Source: Candidatus Poribacteria bacterium
Lineage (GTDB): Bacteria; Poribacteria; WGA-4E; WGA-3G
Reading direction: 5' to 3'
NCBI GenBank assembly: GCA_965214095.1
Contig: OZ243938.1
Span: 1,184,001-1,248,000 of the forward strand
DNA: 64,000 nt
In this document: piece after piece, positions 19,808 through 29,965 of the stretch
Layout: each line of letters starts with the position of its first letter
Position numbering within the stretch: position 1 is the first letter of the stretch
The notes under the pieces: generated by a model
Seen by the model: only the letters and a program-made list of their open reading frames with translations
What the model was told of the DNA's origin: nothing
Databases searched by the model: none
Program-made: the position numbers and the translations under genes

Positions 19808-20683
19808 TTATTCAGGACGGGTTTTCCATCGCTGATGCATCCAAATCCACTGTTCAGGATTTTTCCGAATATAGGATTCAATGACTTTTGTATACTTCTG
19901 TGTATTAATAACAAGTTCTTTCTCTTTGTCATCACACCGTTCTAATGTTAACGGTGGTTCAATTATCGCCCGATGAGTCCCATCAGGTTGTCTTATAATA
20001 AAAGACGGCAATATAGCTGCACCAGTTTTGAGAGCAAAAGCAATCGGACTGTAAGGTGTATAAGCAGGTTTCCCAAAAAAGTCAACAAACACACCATTCA
20101 CCGATGTATCCACATCAGCAACTATTCCTAAGAGATTGTTGCTTCTCAGGCATCGCAATGCTTGTCTAACACCAGTATTTCGATCAATGGTAGAATAGCC
20201 TGCCTTCTCTCTATATTTGGATACCAAGGCATTTAAGCGAGGTGAACGCAACTCTCGAACAATTGGAGTCAAAGGTGAAACATTTGTACTGATACTTGCT
20301 GCCAACAGTTCCCAGTTACCAAAATGACCTGTTAAGATTATCGCGCCCTTTCCTAACGCTAACGCATCTTCCACATGCTGAACACCTTCAAAACTAACAT
20401 ATTGTTGAATCTGTTTCGGATTCATGCGGGGAAACAGCATGAACTCCACCACATTTTTCCCTAAATTTGAAAAACATTGCTTTACAATAGTTTTGATAGC
20501 ATCTTCGTTTGAAATATCCAATGCTTGCTGTATGTGTTCACACGCCAACCTTCGCTGTTGAGTTGCTAACCGATACGCGAGCGTCCCCAACCATCCTCCG
20601 ATAACCAACGCAATTGATCTCGGAAGCAGATAGATACTGTATCCGATTAGTTTGGCAGTAAAACCATAACACCAATCTTTCAT
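19808..20683 (-). CDS. Lipid A lauroyl/lysophospholipid acyltransferase (LpxL/HtrB family)
   Basis: TGHFGNWE, VFVDFFGKPA, PEQWIWMHQRWK; start placed at MKDWCY. Confidence 0.9.
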   Translation of the reverse strand: MKDWCYGFTAKLIGYSIYLLPRSIALVIGGWLGTLAYRLATQQRRLACEHIQQALDISNEDAIKTIVKQCFSNLGKNVVEFMLFPRMNPKQIQQYVSFEGVQHVEDALALGKGAIILTGHFGNWELLAASISTNVSPLTPIVRELRSPRLNALVSKYREKAGYSTIDRNTGVRQALRCLRSNNLLGIVADVDTSVNGVFVDFFGKPAYTPYSPIAFALKTGAAILPSFIIRQPDGTHRAIIEPPLTLERCDDKEKELVINTQKYTKVIESYIRKNPEQWIWMHQRWKTRPE

Positions 20684-20846
20684 TAGAAAAATAGTATACC
20701 AAAATTTATGCAAAATTACAAAAGAATTTGCATTGTCCAATAATTCGGATCCATTTTATTTCGCTACATTACTTTGTGGTATGCTTTCATTTATTTCTTT
20801 GTATTATTTGATTTTAAGTGTAGTTATCAGATATACTCTAAATAGA

Positions 20847-22169
20847 ATGGATACCATTATGCAAAAACCTGACCACATCAACAAACAAATATTCCAACTC
20901 GCCATCCCAAATATCATAAGCAACTTCTCCATTCCACTTCTCGGTGCAGTAGATACAGCTTTAATGGGACGTATGGAGACTGATCATTATCTTGGTGCAG
21001 TAGGCATCGGTGGTGTTATTTTTAGTTTCATTTACTGGGGTTTCGGTTTCATCAGAATGGCATCCACAGGTTTGACAGCACAAGCATACGGAGAAAATGA
21101 TAACGAAGAATGTGGTCTTCTCCTGCAACGGTGCTTTTCAATCGGTGTCATCTGCAGCATCCTGTTATTGATGTTTCAGTGGGTGCTGGCAGATGTTAGT
21201 TTTCTTCTCATCGGAACAAGTCCAGAAGTAGAAAAACTTGCCCGAACCTATTTCCATATCCGTATCTATGCAGCACCTGCAACACTTTGTCTTCATGCAT
21301 TCCACGGCATTTTTCTCGGATTACAAAATGCCAAATATCCGATGATATTGACAATTCTCGTCAATATCATCAATATCGTGTTGAACATTGTTTTTGTGAT
21401 GCAGCTTGGCATGAAGGTGGAAGGTGTAGCATTAGCAACCGTCATCGCGCAATATGGTGGTCTGATATTTGCAATTGCGTTCTTTTTCCATCGCTACCGA
21501 AATCTATTCACCACATGGAATTTCAAAACAATCCTCTCCTACTCAAAACTTAGACGTTTCTTAAGCATAAGTGGAGACATTTTTATCCGCACGCTCTGTC
21601 TTGTTTTCAGTTTCTCCTTCTTCACCGCTATGTCAGCTGGAATAAGCGATACAATCTTAGCAATCAATACTATTCTCCTTCAATATATCAACCTAATGTC
21701 TTATGCCATTGATGGTTTCGCATTTGCTGCAGAGAGTATGATAGGCAAGTATATTGGCGCACGAGATATACAAAACCTAAAGAGAACAACCGGTCAGATT
21801 TTTCTATGGTCTTTTCTGTTCGGTGGGATTGTAATGCTAATCTTTCTTCTATTTGCGAACCAGCTCCTACACTTATTCACAGATAAACTCAATCTAATTG
21901 AAAATGCAAAACCGTATCTCGTATGGATCATCATTGCCCCGGTTGTGAACGTAGCTGCATATATTTGGGATGGTATATACCTTGGTGCAACTGCGACAAA
22001 ACCTTTGCGGAACACTATGATTGTTTCTATGCTACTATTTACCAGTGCAGTATATCTATTGCTACCTTATGGCAACCATGGACTTTGGGGAGCGTTAACG
22101 TTCCTATTAGTGATACGAGGCGTGGCATTGACATTCATAGCACCAAGACATCTATTCAGTCGAAATTGA
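20847..22169 (+). CDS. dinF: MATE-family efflux transporter (DinF-like)
   Basis: LAIPNIISN..PLLGAVDTA.MG, GFIRMASTGLTAQA.G; many TM helices; start 20847 or 20859. Confidence 0.88.
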   Translation: MDTIMQKPDHINKQIFQLAIPNIISNFSIPLLGAVDTALMGRMETDHYLGAVGIGGVIFSFIYWGFGFIRMASTGLTAQAYGENDNEECGLLLQRCFSIGVICSILLLMFQWVLADVSFLLIGTSPEVEKLARTYFHIRIYAAPATLCLHAFHGIFLGLQNAKYPMILTILVNIINIVLNIVFVMQLGMKVEGVALATVIAQYGGLIFAIAFFFHRYRNLFTTWNFKTILSYSKLRRFLSISGDIFIRTLCLVFSFSFFTAMSAGISDTILAINTILLQYINLMSYAIDGFAFAAESMIGKYIGARDIQNLKRTTGQIFLWSFLFGGIVMLIFLLFANQLLHLFTDKLNLIENAKPYLVWIIIAPVVNVAAYIWDGIYLGATATKPLRNTMIVSMLLFTSAVYLLLPYGNHGLWGALTFLLVIRGVALTFIAPRHLFSRN

Positions 22170-22197
22170 TTGATGAAACTATGCTGGTAGACACACT

Positions 22198-22255
22198 TTA
22201 TAGCAAAAACCATAATTATTTACACACTACGGTAGGTTCGGTTTCCTAACCGAAC
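22198..22255. repeat. Left part of a family A REP element, ending in the 20-bp duplicated target
   Basis: TTATTTACACACTACGGTAGGTTCGGTTTCCTAACCGAAC is identical to 9701-9740. Confidence 0.85.
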
Positions 22256-23743
22256 CATAGGCGTCAATTTAAGGATGCACCAAGACCGATAAGTGTCAAC
22301 TTTTAATCAGAGGAAGTATAAATTATGAAATAAAACTTCTGTAAAAATGAAAACACCTCATATATAATGTAGATATAGATTTATTATGGTCTACAAAGAG
22401 GTGTTTCCTAATGAATACATTATCACAAGTTCCCAAAGAAATGCAACATATTCTTACAACTATAGCCAATGATGCAGCTCTCAATACAGGTTTTGTCAAA
22501 AGAAGTTGTAAACTCAACGGTAGTCGTTTTGCTCAAATACTCATTTGGACTTGGTTAGAAAACCCAGATGCCACCTATACACAACTTGCGCAAACCGCTG
22601 GTGTGCTGGGGATTTCAATCTCACGACAAGCCATTGAACAACGATTTACATCTGAAGCAGCAGAGACCCTGAAAGTTATCCTTGATGCTACTGCGTCCAA
22701 GGTTATTTCTGCCGACCCGCAAACGCTTCCGCTCCTTGAAAAGTTCACTGGTGTCTATTTACAAGATAGTTCTTGGATTACACTCCCTGATGTGCTCCAC
22801 GAAACTTGGGAAGGTGGAAGCAAAAAGAATAAACCGAACACAGCTGCCGTGAAACTCCACCTGCGTTTTGATAGTGCCACAGGCACTTTTGAACACTTTG
22901 AACTGACCAATGGTATCACCGCTGATAGTGCTATTGAAAAGCAGATTGACATGCTACCCGCCGGCAGTTTGCGCCTCGCAGACCTCGGCTATTATTCACT
23001 TGATACCTTCAAAAGACTTTCCGATGCAAACGTCTTTTGGATATCACGCTACAAAGTCCAGTGTTTTCTCTATGATGAAACAGGTGACCCTTTTTGTTTG
23101 CTAAAATGGCTCAAGAAGGGTTCTAATAACTTCAAGGACAAACAAATCTTTATAGGTAAAAACAAGCGTCTCAAAGCACGATTAGTTGTTCAAAGACTTT
23201 CAGAAACAGAAACCCAACAGCGTATTAAGGAGATAAAACATCGTGCAAAGCGGAAGTATACGAAACCTTCACCCAAACGACTTCAGCTCGCAAGATGGAA
23301 TATCTACATTACTAATATAAAAGTAGACCATCTGACTGCTGAACAGATTTGTGCTGTCGCACGCATCCGATGGCAGGTTGAGTTGATGTTCAAGTGCTTC
23401 AAAAGCATTGGAAAAGTTGATACCTCCCGTAGCGACAAGCCATATAGAATCTTATGTGAGTTATATGCAAAACTCATCGTCGCAATTATGCGGCACTGGA
23501 TCATGTTAAGGGTCGGTTGGCGATGTCTAAAACATAGTCTAACAAAAACAGCAGAACTTATTAGCACCTTCGCACGCACACTTGCAATAGGTTTCCGCAA
23601 GTCTATAATGTCTTTTCGGCAAACTTTTGATGAAATAAAACACGCTTTCCAAAATGGGTGCTACATTGAGAGACGTGCTAATAGAGACACAACATTAGAA
23701 CACCTTGAAAATGCAGCAAAAAATCACTAAATTGACGCCTATG
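22256..23743 (+). mobile_element. IS4-family insertion sequence (CAT...ATG ends) with 16-bp TIR and 20-bp target duplication
   Basis: TIRs CATAGGCGTCAATTTA / TAAATTGACGCCTATG; direct repeat GTTCGGTTTCCTAACCGAAC at 22236-22255 and 23744-23763. Confidence 0.92.
22411..23730 (+). CDS. IS4-family DDE transposase
   Basis: YLQDSS, LADLGYY, ITN, R.RWQVELMFK..KS (YREK-like signature). Confidence 0.93.
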   Translation: MNTLSQVPKEMQHILTTIANDAALNTGFVKRSCKLNGSRFAQILIWTWLENPDATYTQLAQTAGVLGISISRQAIEQRFTSEAAETLKVILDATASKVISADPQTLPLLEKFTGVYLQDSSWITLPDVLHETWEGGSKKNKPNTAAVKLHLRFDSATGTFEHFELTNGITADSAIEKQIDMLPAGSLRLADLGYYSLDTFKRLSDANVFWISRYKVQCFLYDETGDPFCLLKWLKKGSNNFKDKQIFIGKNKRLKARLVVQRLSETETQQRIKEIKHRAKRKYTKPSPKRLQLARWNIYITNIKVDHLTAEQICAVARIRWQVELMFKCFKSIGKVDTSRSDKPYRILCELYAKLIVAIMRHWIMLRVGWRCLKHSLTKTAELISTFARTLAIGFRKSIMSFRQTFDEIKHAFQNGCYIERRANRDTTLEHLENAAKNH

Positions 23744-23843
23744 GTTCGGTTTCCTAACCGAACCGGTGTTTATTCAGTCACATAGATGTGGTTAGGTAAC
23801 CGAACCTACTGGGAGTGTGTACATATTTTTAGATTTCACTATA
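23744..23843. repeat. Right part of the family A REP doublet
   Basis: Continues CGGTGTTTATTCAGTCACATAGATGTGGTTAGG..., matching 9741-9790; ends AGATTTCACTATA. Confidence 0.85.
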
Positions 23844-23875
23844 AAGCGCGCCTACACTTTTTACATGCATCATAC

Positions 23876-26800
23876 TTAGTTGGTCGGATCACAATCATCA
23901 TCTTCAAGATATGAAATTATTGTGGCAATACCAAGTATATCATCCGAAGTATTGTCATCAATTTCAGGATATGTCACGCCTTGTTCACTGGTACTCCAAG
24001 TTCCAGTATTGTGCACGGCATTACAAATTGTCTTGTAGATCGCCTTGCGTACCTCATCAGCTGTTGTATTCTTCAATGATACCTTTGTATTAGCGTGTGT
24101 GAACCCACTTTCCTCAGTATAAACTCCTTTCCAACTGTCTAAGCTATTAGAGACTGACAGTTCTTCTAAGACTGAACTCCATCCAGTCGAAGTCTGCTCA
24201 GAATCACCATCTTCAAATTTATAATAGTTGTCCACATAAATTGGATCCTCTCCATCGTATCCGTACCCACGTATGGCATAGACTTGGACTTGCAAGTGGT
24301 CAGAATCAAGTTTGATGGCATAATAAACTTCAAAGAACTCTTCCTTCTCTACATAGAATTCAAGCACTTCAATTTCTACCGTAATTGTGTCCGTTCCGCC
24401 ATTGTTATCCGTGACAGATACGGTAACGGTATAAGACGACTGAATGTCATAATCAAGAGTGGAATTGGTAGTCAACTGACCATTACTAGTATTAAAACTG
24501 AAGGAACTTGCATCAGTACCACTGATACTATATGCAAGCGTATCTTCGTCTTCATCTGTTGCTGACACAGCATGTCCAACGTTGGAACCTGACGCAGCAG
24601 ACTCAATAATAGCACGTAATGCCTTCTCACCTTCCGTGAACACTGGAGCATCATTAACATCGGTTATACTGACTGTTAGAAATGTTCCATTTTTACCACC
24701 TCTGCCATCAGAGACACTGACTGTAACAGAGTAGGAGGATTTCTCTTCGTGATTAAAAATTTCATTGGTTGTTATCTGTCCCGTGTTCATATCTATACTG
24801 AAGAACTCTACATCCGTCCCGGCAAGACTGTATTCAAGCGTATCATCATCTTCATCTGTCGCCTCTACTGGATCACCGACCAATGTACCAATTGCTAAAT
24901 TCTCTGCTACCGAACGTGATGAGAAAAATCCATCCGTGAAAATAGGTTTATCGTTCTCATCTGACACACTGATTGAGACCGCTATTTCGTCTGTGCCACC
25001 ATTGTTATCGGTGACAGTTACCGATACAGAATAACTATCCTTGACCTCGTAATTAAATTTCGCTTTTGTTGTTATCTGTCCAGATGAGTCATTAATATTA
25101 AAGGAATCCGCATCTGTCCCCATAAGATCGTATTCAAGCGTATCTTCATCTTCATCTGTTGCCTCTACTGGATCGCCTACCACTGTCCCAGGAGACAAAT
25201 TCTCTGCTACTGAACGATTCGTTCCTGTTCCCTCTGTGAATATGGGCTCATCATTCACATCACTAACATTGATTGTAACTGCTATTTCGTCTGTGCCACC
25301 ATTGTTATCAGTAACAGTAACTTCAACCGAATAAGTGCTTTTGACTTCATGATCTAAAATAGCAGTGGTTGTTATCTGTCCAGATGAGGCATTGATATTA
25401 AAGGAAGCAGCATCGGTACCTTCAAGATCGTATTCAGGTGTATCCCCATCTTCATCTGTTGCTAAGACCGGTGTGCCTACGACTGCTCCAGATGGCAAGT
25501 TCTCTGCTACGGAACGGGATGTGGAAGCTCCCTCTGTGAATATCGGAGCATCATTCTCATCAGTGACATTGATAGTAACCGCTATTTCGTCTGTACCACC
25601 TTTGTTGTCAGAAACAACAATCGATACGGAATAAGAGTCTGTGTCTTCATAGTTTAGAGGAGCACTTGTCTTTAACTGACCAGAACTACTATCAATACCG
25701 AAGGAACTTGCATCTGTACCTACAAGTGCATATTCAAGTGTGTCATCGTTTTCATCTGTTGCAGATACAGGATCGCCAATCGAACTATTAGCAAGAGTAT
25801 TCTCTGCTATAGAACGTGTCGTACTCTCTCCTTCTGTAAATTCAGGTGCTTCATTGTCATCAGTGACATTGATCGTAACAGCTATTTCGTCTGTACCATC
25901 TTTGTCATCAGACACGGAGACCAATACAGAATAACTGTTCTTGGTTTCATAGTCTATTGGATCCTTCGTCCTTATCTGCCCCGAACTGCTATCAATACTG
26001 AAGGAACTCGCATCCGTGCCACCGAGAGTGTATTCAAGCGTTTCTCCATCATCATCTGTTGCGGTTACTGGGAGACCAATGGCAACATTAGACGGAGTAT
26101 GCTCTAATACATACCGTATCGTAGATTTACCCTCTGTGAAAACAGGAAGATTATTACATAACGGGATCAACTCAGGAGATAACTTAATTACGGCATCAAC
26201 GACTTCCCCGCCGGTGGATGTAGTTGGGCTAGTTGGAAAGTACTTTGAAACTACTATATCTGAGGTGGTTAAGCCACACCACCGTTTGAAATCGTCGACC
26301 TTAATTGAAATTGTAGTATCGGAGTCATCAAGCTCTGATGGCACTTCACACCACACAGAAAGACCCCACAGGTTCCATTTGTCACCTCTGAAAACTGAAA
26401 AACTGTCCTTTCGTGGATGTACTATATTGCCATCGATATTACATTGAATATCTATGAAAACACCGGGTTGGTTGAGTATCGGTTGGAACGCCATTATTCT
26501 CGGTCCGACCGTCACCTGAAGTTTAACAGTGTTTCCATCAAACACTACGTCATAAATATCCTTATCACCATCTTCAATAATTTTCGGAGGAGTATTTGGA
26601 TCAGTACCATCTTCATTTGGCGTGTTATCACCGTTAGTTGTATCACCGTTAGTTGTATCATCATTTGGCGTGTTATTACCGTCAGTTATTTCACCATTTG
26701 GTGTGTTATTACCGTTAGTTGTATCATCATTCGGCGTGTTATTACCGTCAGTTGTATCACCATTTGGTGTGTTATTACCGTTAGTTGTATCACCATTCGG

Positions 26801-27547
26801 CGTGTTATTTCCGTCAGTTGTATCACCATTTGGTGTGTTATTACCGTTTGGAGTTTCACTTTTTGGTGTGTTATTACCGTCAGTTGTATCACCATTTGGT
26901 GTGTTATTACCGTTTGGAGTTTCACTTTTTGGTGTGTTATTACCGTCAGTTGTATCACCATTTGGTGTGTTATTACCGTTTGGAGTTTCACCATTTAGCG
27001 TATCATCATCCTTGGGTGTAGATACATCATCCGTTTTTGTATCATCTTCAGATTTTATGTCACCTATAGGTGTAGATATAAAAGGCACATCAGTGTCATT
27101 TTCTGGTCGCGGAGCGTCTGAAATAAAGTCAGTCGTTTCATCTACTATATCTTTGATTGGCACATCAATAATGTCGCCAGTTTGTACATATTTCTTGATC
27201 CGTTCAATGATAGAAATAACAATCTCTTCAATATCCACCTCTTTGTTATTATCAATATATCGCGTTTCTATCTGTGTAACTATCTTTTCTACTGGTACTT
27301 CCGTGATGACTTTCTGGGTGACGATACGTTCTATAATCCTTGTGACAACATCCTCAATACGCACCGTTCTTGTTGTTTCATCAACATAGGCACACATAGA
27401 AGGCACGCCTAAGACTTTGTAACAACGAACCGTAACTGTACTAACTTCATCAGAATTGACAACTATAACCCGTTGATTTTCAAACTGTTCACAACCAAAT
27501 ATGATAATTAGACTTAGCAGAATGATACTAATATATCTTTTGAGCAT
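23876..27547 (-). CDS. Large lipoprotein adhesin: V/I/E-rich N-domain, Asn/Thr/Gly repeats, six cadherin-like domains
   Basis: Lipobox-like IFGC; six 100-aa repeats with N.APxFTEG, ATD.D.D.LEY, LDYE, VTD; AGGAG RBS. Confidence 0.88.
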   Translation of the reverse strand: MLKRYISIILLSLIIIFGCEQFENQRVIVVNSDEVSTVTVRCYKVLGVPSMCAYVDETTRTVRIEDVVTRIIERIVTQKVITEVPVEKIVTQIETRYIDNNKEVDIEEIVISIIERIKKYVQTGDIIDVPIKDIVDETTDFISDAPRPENDTDVPFISTPIGDIKSEDDTKTDDVSTPKDDDTLNGETPNGNNTPNGDTTDGNNTPKSETPNGNNTPNGDTTDGNNTPKSETPNGNNTPNGDTTDGNNTPNGDTTNGNNTPNGDTTDGNNTPNDDTTNGNNTPNGEITDGNNTPNDDTTNGDTTNGDNTPNEDGTDPNTPPKIIEDGDKDIYDVVFDGNTVKLQVTVGPRIMAFQPILNQPGVFIDIQCNIDGNIVHPRKDSFSVFRGDKWNLWGLSVWCEVPSELDDSDTTISIKVDDFKRWCGLTTSDIVVSKYFPTSPTTSTGGEVVDAVIKLSPELIPLCNNLPVFTEGKSTIRYVLEHTPSNVAIGLPVTATDDDGETLEYTLGGTDASSFSIDSSSGQIRTKDPIDYETKNSYSVLVSVSDDKDGTDEIAVTINVTDDNEAPEFTEGESTTRSIAENTLANSSIGDPVSATDENDDTLEYALVGTDASSFGIDSSSGQLKTSAPLNYEDTDSYSVSIVVSDNKGGTDEIAVTINVTDENDAPIFTEGASTSRSVAENLPSGAVVGTPVLATDEDGDTPEYDLEGTDAASFNINASSGQITTTAILDHEVKSTYSVEVTVTDNNGGTDEIAVTINVSDVNDEPIFTEGTGTNRSVAENLSPGTVVGDPVEATDEDEDTLEYDLMGTDADSFNINDSSGQITTKAKFNYEVKDSYSVSVTVTDNNGGTDEIAVSISVSDENDKPIFTDGFFSSRSVAENLAIGTLVGDPVEATDEDDDTLEYSLAGTDVEFFSIDMNTGQITTNEIFNHEEKSSYSVTVSVSDGRGGKNGTFLTVSITDVNDAPVFTEGEKALRAIIESAASGSNVGHAVSATDEDEDTLAYSISGTDASSFSFNTSNGQLTTNSTLDYDIQSSYTVTVSVTDNNGGTDTITVEIEVLEFYVEKEEFFEVYYAIKLDSDHLQVQVYAIRGYGYDGEDPIYVDNYYKFEDGDSEQTSTGWSSVLEELSVSNSLDSWKGVYTEESGFTHANTKVSLKNTTADEVRKAIYKTICNAVHNTGTWSTSEQGVTYPEIDDNTSDDILGIATIISYLEDDDCDPTN
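24358..26157 (-). repeat. Six cadherin-like repeats with a 300-bp period
   Basis: Domain junctions recur at ~24657, 24957, 25257, 25557, 25857, 26157. Confidence 0.85.
26616..26996 (-). repeat. Coding tandem repeat: 33-bp units (DTTxGNNTPNG) with a 66-bp higher-order unit
   Basis: About three near-identical 66-nt units at ~26811-26996 plus degenerate 33-nt units. Confidence 0.9.
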
Positions 27548-27691
27548 ATTTCTCTCCTTACCTTGATGACCTATATCCTATTCATAATAATAGATAGTGT
27601 TGGCCTACTAATAAGATATGCTGCTGAGTTGACAGATAACACTTGTAGATATCGAAGATATTTTCTTCGGTATATTTACATCTCATATAGT

Positions 27692-28129
27692 TCATTCATC
27701 AATCTCTTCAATAAATTCGTTGGCTACTTGCTCTACTATCTCATTGAGTGGTACATCTATAAGTTCATCTTCTGGAACTAACTCCTTGACTCTTTCTATA
27801 ACTTCGTTCACGATTGTAACAATTTCGACTTCTGTATAAATATATACCGTTTCTATTTCTGTTACGATCGTCTCAATAATCACTTCTCTTATGATTTCCT
27901 CCACAACAATTATTTCAACAATCTCAGTGACTACTGTTTCTACCTGGACGTAAATGGTTCTGTTTTCTTCAAATGAGCAGAATACGGGTACCCCTAACAG
28001 CGTTGAACAGAAAACATGTGTAACCACCAACTCGTCAGATGATACAACTTTTGTAAATTGGTTTTCAATTTTGCCACACCCTAAAAGTGTAGCGATTATG
28101 ATGAGGCCCCACATTAGTCTTACTAACAT
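27692..28129 (-). CDS. Small lipoprotein, paralog of the adhesin N-terminal domain
   Basis: LLGC lipobox; GGAGG RBS; shares ENQ...VV.SDE, C...LGVP..C and IDVP...IV with 23876-27547. Confidence 0.8.
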   Translation of the reverse strand: MLVRLMWGLIIIATLLGCGKIENQFTKVVSSDELVVTHVFCSTLLGVPVFCSFEENRTIYVQVETVVTEIVEIIVVEEIIREVIIETIVTEIETVYIYTEVEIVTIVNEVIERVKELVPEDELIDVPLNEIVEQVANEFIEEIDE

Positions 28130-29149
28130 GGTTTACTCCTCCAATGTCAGTTTGATTGAACTAAAAAGATGATTGTATGACTAAGGTGATGATAGTATGT
28201 GGCAATAATACACCGTAGATATAATAGATACATATATGCAAAGAACGTATCGTATTATTCTTAGGATGTCTGTCAGATAGATATGCTATCATCAATAGTA
28301 AACCCAAATTATATGCAAGTATAAACTGGTTAACTACTTCCGCAAAAACGGAAATTTGGGTTTACCAAATAGTACATCACAGATGTATTGCATTCAGAAA
28401 ATAATTACTTCTGAAACAATAATGGTATAAAGATGGTTGTATGGCATTCATTCTGACATGTGTGAAATCATCAACCTGAATGCCTTAACTAACTGAAGTT
28501 GTTAAACTTAGCTGAAGGTAGGTATATTTTTCTCATGGTCCGTTCTCCCCGGATTTAACACGTCATTAGACGTGGATTTAAAGCATCTGCAGCTATTGTG
28601 TGAATTAGTAAATGTACACGACTCTAATTCTATTGATAACTCGCAGTGATGAACTTTAATAATCTACTGGACACAAAAAATATATATATGATAGGTATAT
28701 AAATAAGTATAAATAAAATATTATAAAGTATGAATTCTGTTGAAAATACTAATGTAGTTGAAAAAATCCTTCTTCTTATGTGAAATCTGAATCATCTTTC
28801 AAATATCATAATGACAGATTAACTGCGATATATATAGTAGCAATTGTGATTATCTTATACTGTAATTTCATATAATGACATTAATATTTTCAAAAATGAC
28901 TAAAAGTTTAATACTATTTATGATTTTATCAAATTTGACTTTTTAAGTCAACTACTTTAAAAAAGAAAAATGCATAATTTGTTAGAATTATAACAAGATT
29001 CGTTATTTTTTTCTAAATATAACCAAAATTGCCACCAATTTCATTGCAGGAATGGTTTCCAACCCCGATTTCATGAGACTTAACATTAGAATCTGAGATC
29101 CAACTACGACAGATACCATAAAATAAACCTAATACCACCTATAATTCAG

Positions 29150-29178
29150 TTGACATTCTGAAGACTAATCCTTATACT
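29150..29178 (+). promoter_or_regulatory. Near-consensus sigma70 promoter
   Basis: TTGACA-N17-TATACT, 46 bp upstream of the ATG at 29225. Confidence 0.7.
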
Positions 29179-29224
29179 ATTTTAGAAATAAACAATCCAT
29201 ACTAACGTCGTACAATATCTGAAA

Positions 29225-29956
29225 ATGAAACATATAATTCTCTCAGTCCTCCTCATAATTAACCTGCCGGTAGTAGCACTTACTCAGTCAGAATATACGA
29301 TACCCAAAAAACATCGTGTCATTCAAGAAAAAACGATACAATCACAAAATTCATCAATAGGAACAAAGTTCTCAGATATTAGATTCACATCATTGAATGG
29401 TAACATACATTCCATATTATCACTCACACAACAAGGACCAGTCATTTTTGTGTTCCTTTCTGCCGAATGTCCAGTCGCACAAAGATATGCAATGCGACTA
29501 AAGCGAATGCACAAAGAATTTAAAGACAAACACGTAACTATCGTAGGGGTCTATTCAAACGAAAACGACTCTGCAGAAGATGTTCAAGCATATTTGAAAA
29601 AAGCAGAATATCTGTTTCCAATTGTAAAAGACAGAGATGGTAGTTTAGCCCGTCATCTCGGCGCAACAATGACACCTCAAGCACATCTTATTGATACAGA
29701 AAAGGTCTTACGTTTCCGCGGTCCGATTGACGATAATCGCTACGTAACCCGAGTGAAACACAATTATTTAAAAGATGCATTAGTCGCTGTCCTAAGTGGT
29801 AAAAAAATTAAGATCAAAGAAACCCCCGCCTTCGGATGCACAATCCACCTACCTGATCTACCCGTTCAAAAACCGGTTATATACAACAAACATATTACAC
29901 ACATTGTTGAAAACTTGAGAATTATCTTTAGTTTTCTGATAGATACATTGAAATAG
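29225..29956 (+). CDS. Secreted AhpC/TSA-family redoxin-domain protein, possibly C-terminally truncated
   Basis: FLSAECPVA, YSNEND, GATMTPQA, RFRGPIDD, TPAFGCTI. Confidence 0.8.
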   Translation: MKHIILSVLLIINLPVVALTQSEYTIPKKHRVIQEKTIQSQNSSIGTKFSDIRFTSLNGNIHSILSLTQQGPVIFVFLSAECPVAQRYAMRLKRMHKEFKDKHVTIVGVYSNENDSAEDVQAYLKKAEYLFPIVKDRDGSLARHLGATMTPQAHLIDTEKVLRFRGPIDDNRYVTRVKHNYLKDALVAVLSGKKIKIKETPAFGCTIHLPDLPVQKPVIYNKHITHIVENLRIIFSFLIDTLK

Positions 29957-29965
29957 CATTTATCA

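Noticed and set aside
26616-26996. Regular ~33-bp repeats resembling a CRISPR array
   Set aside because: Contiguous in-frame coding repeats with no unique spacers, and no cas genes in the window
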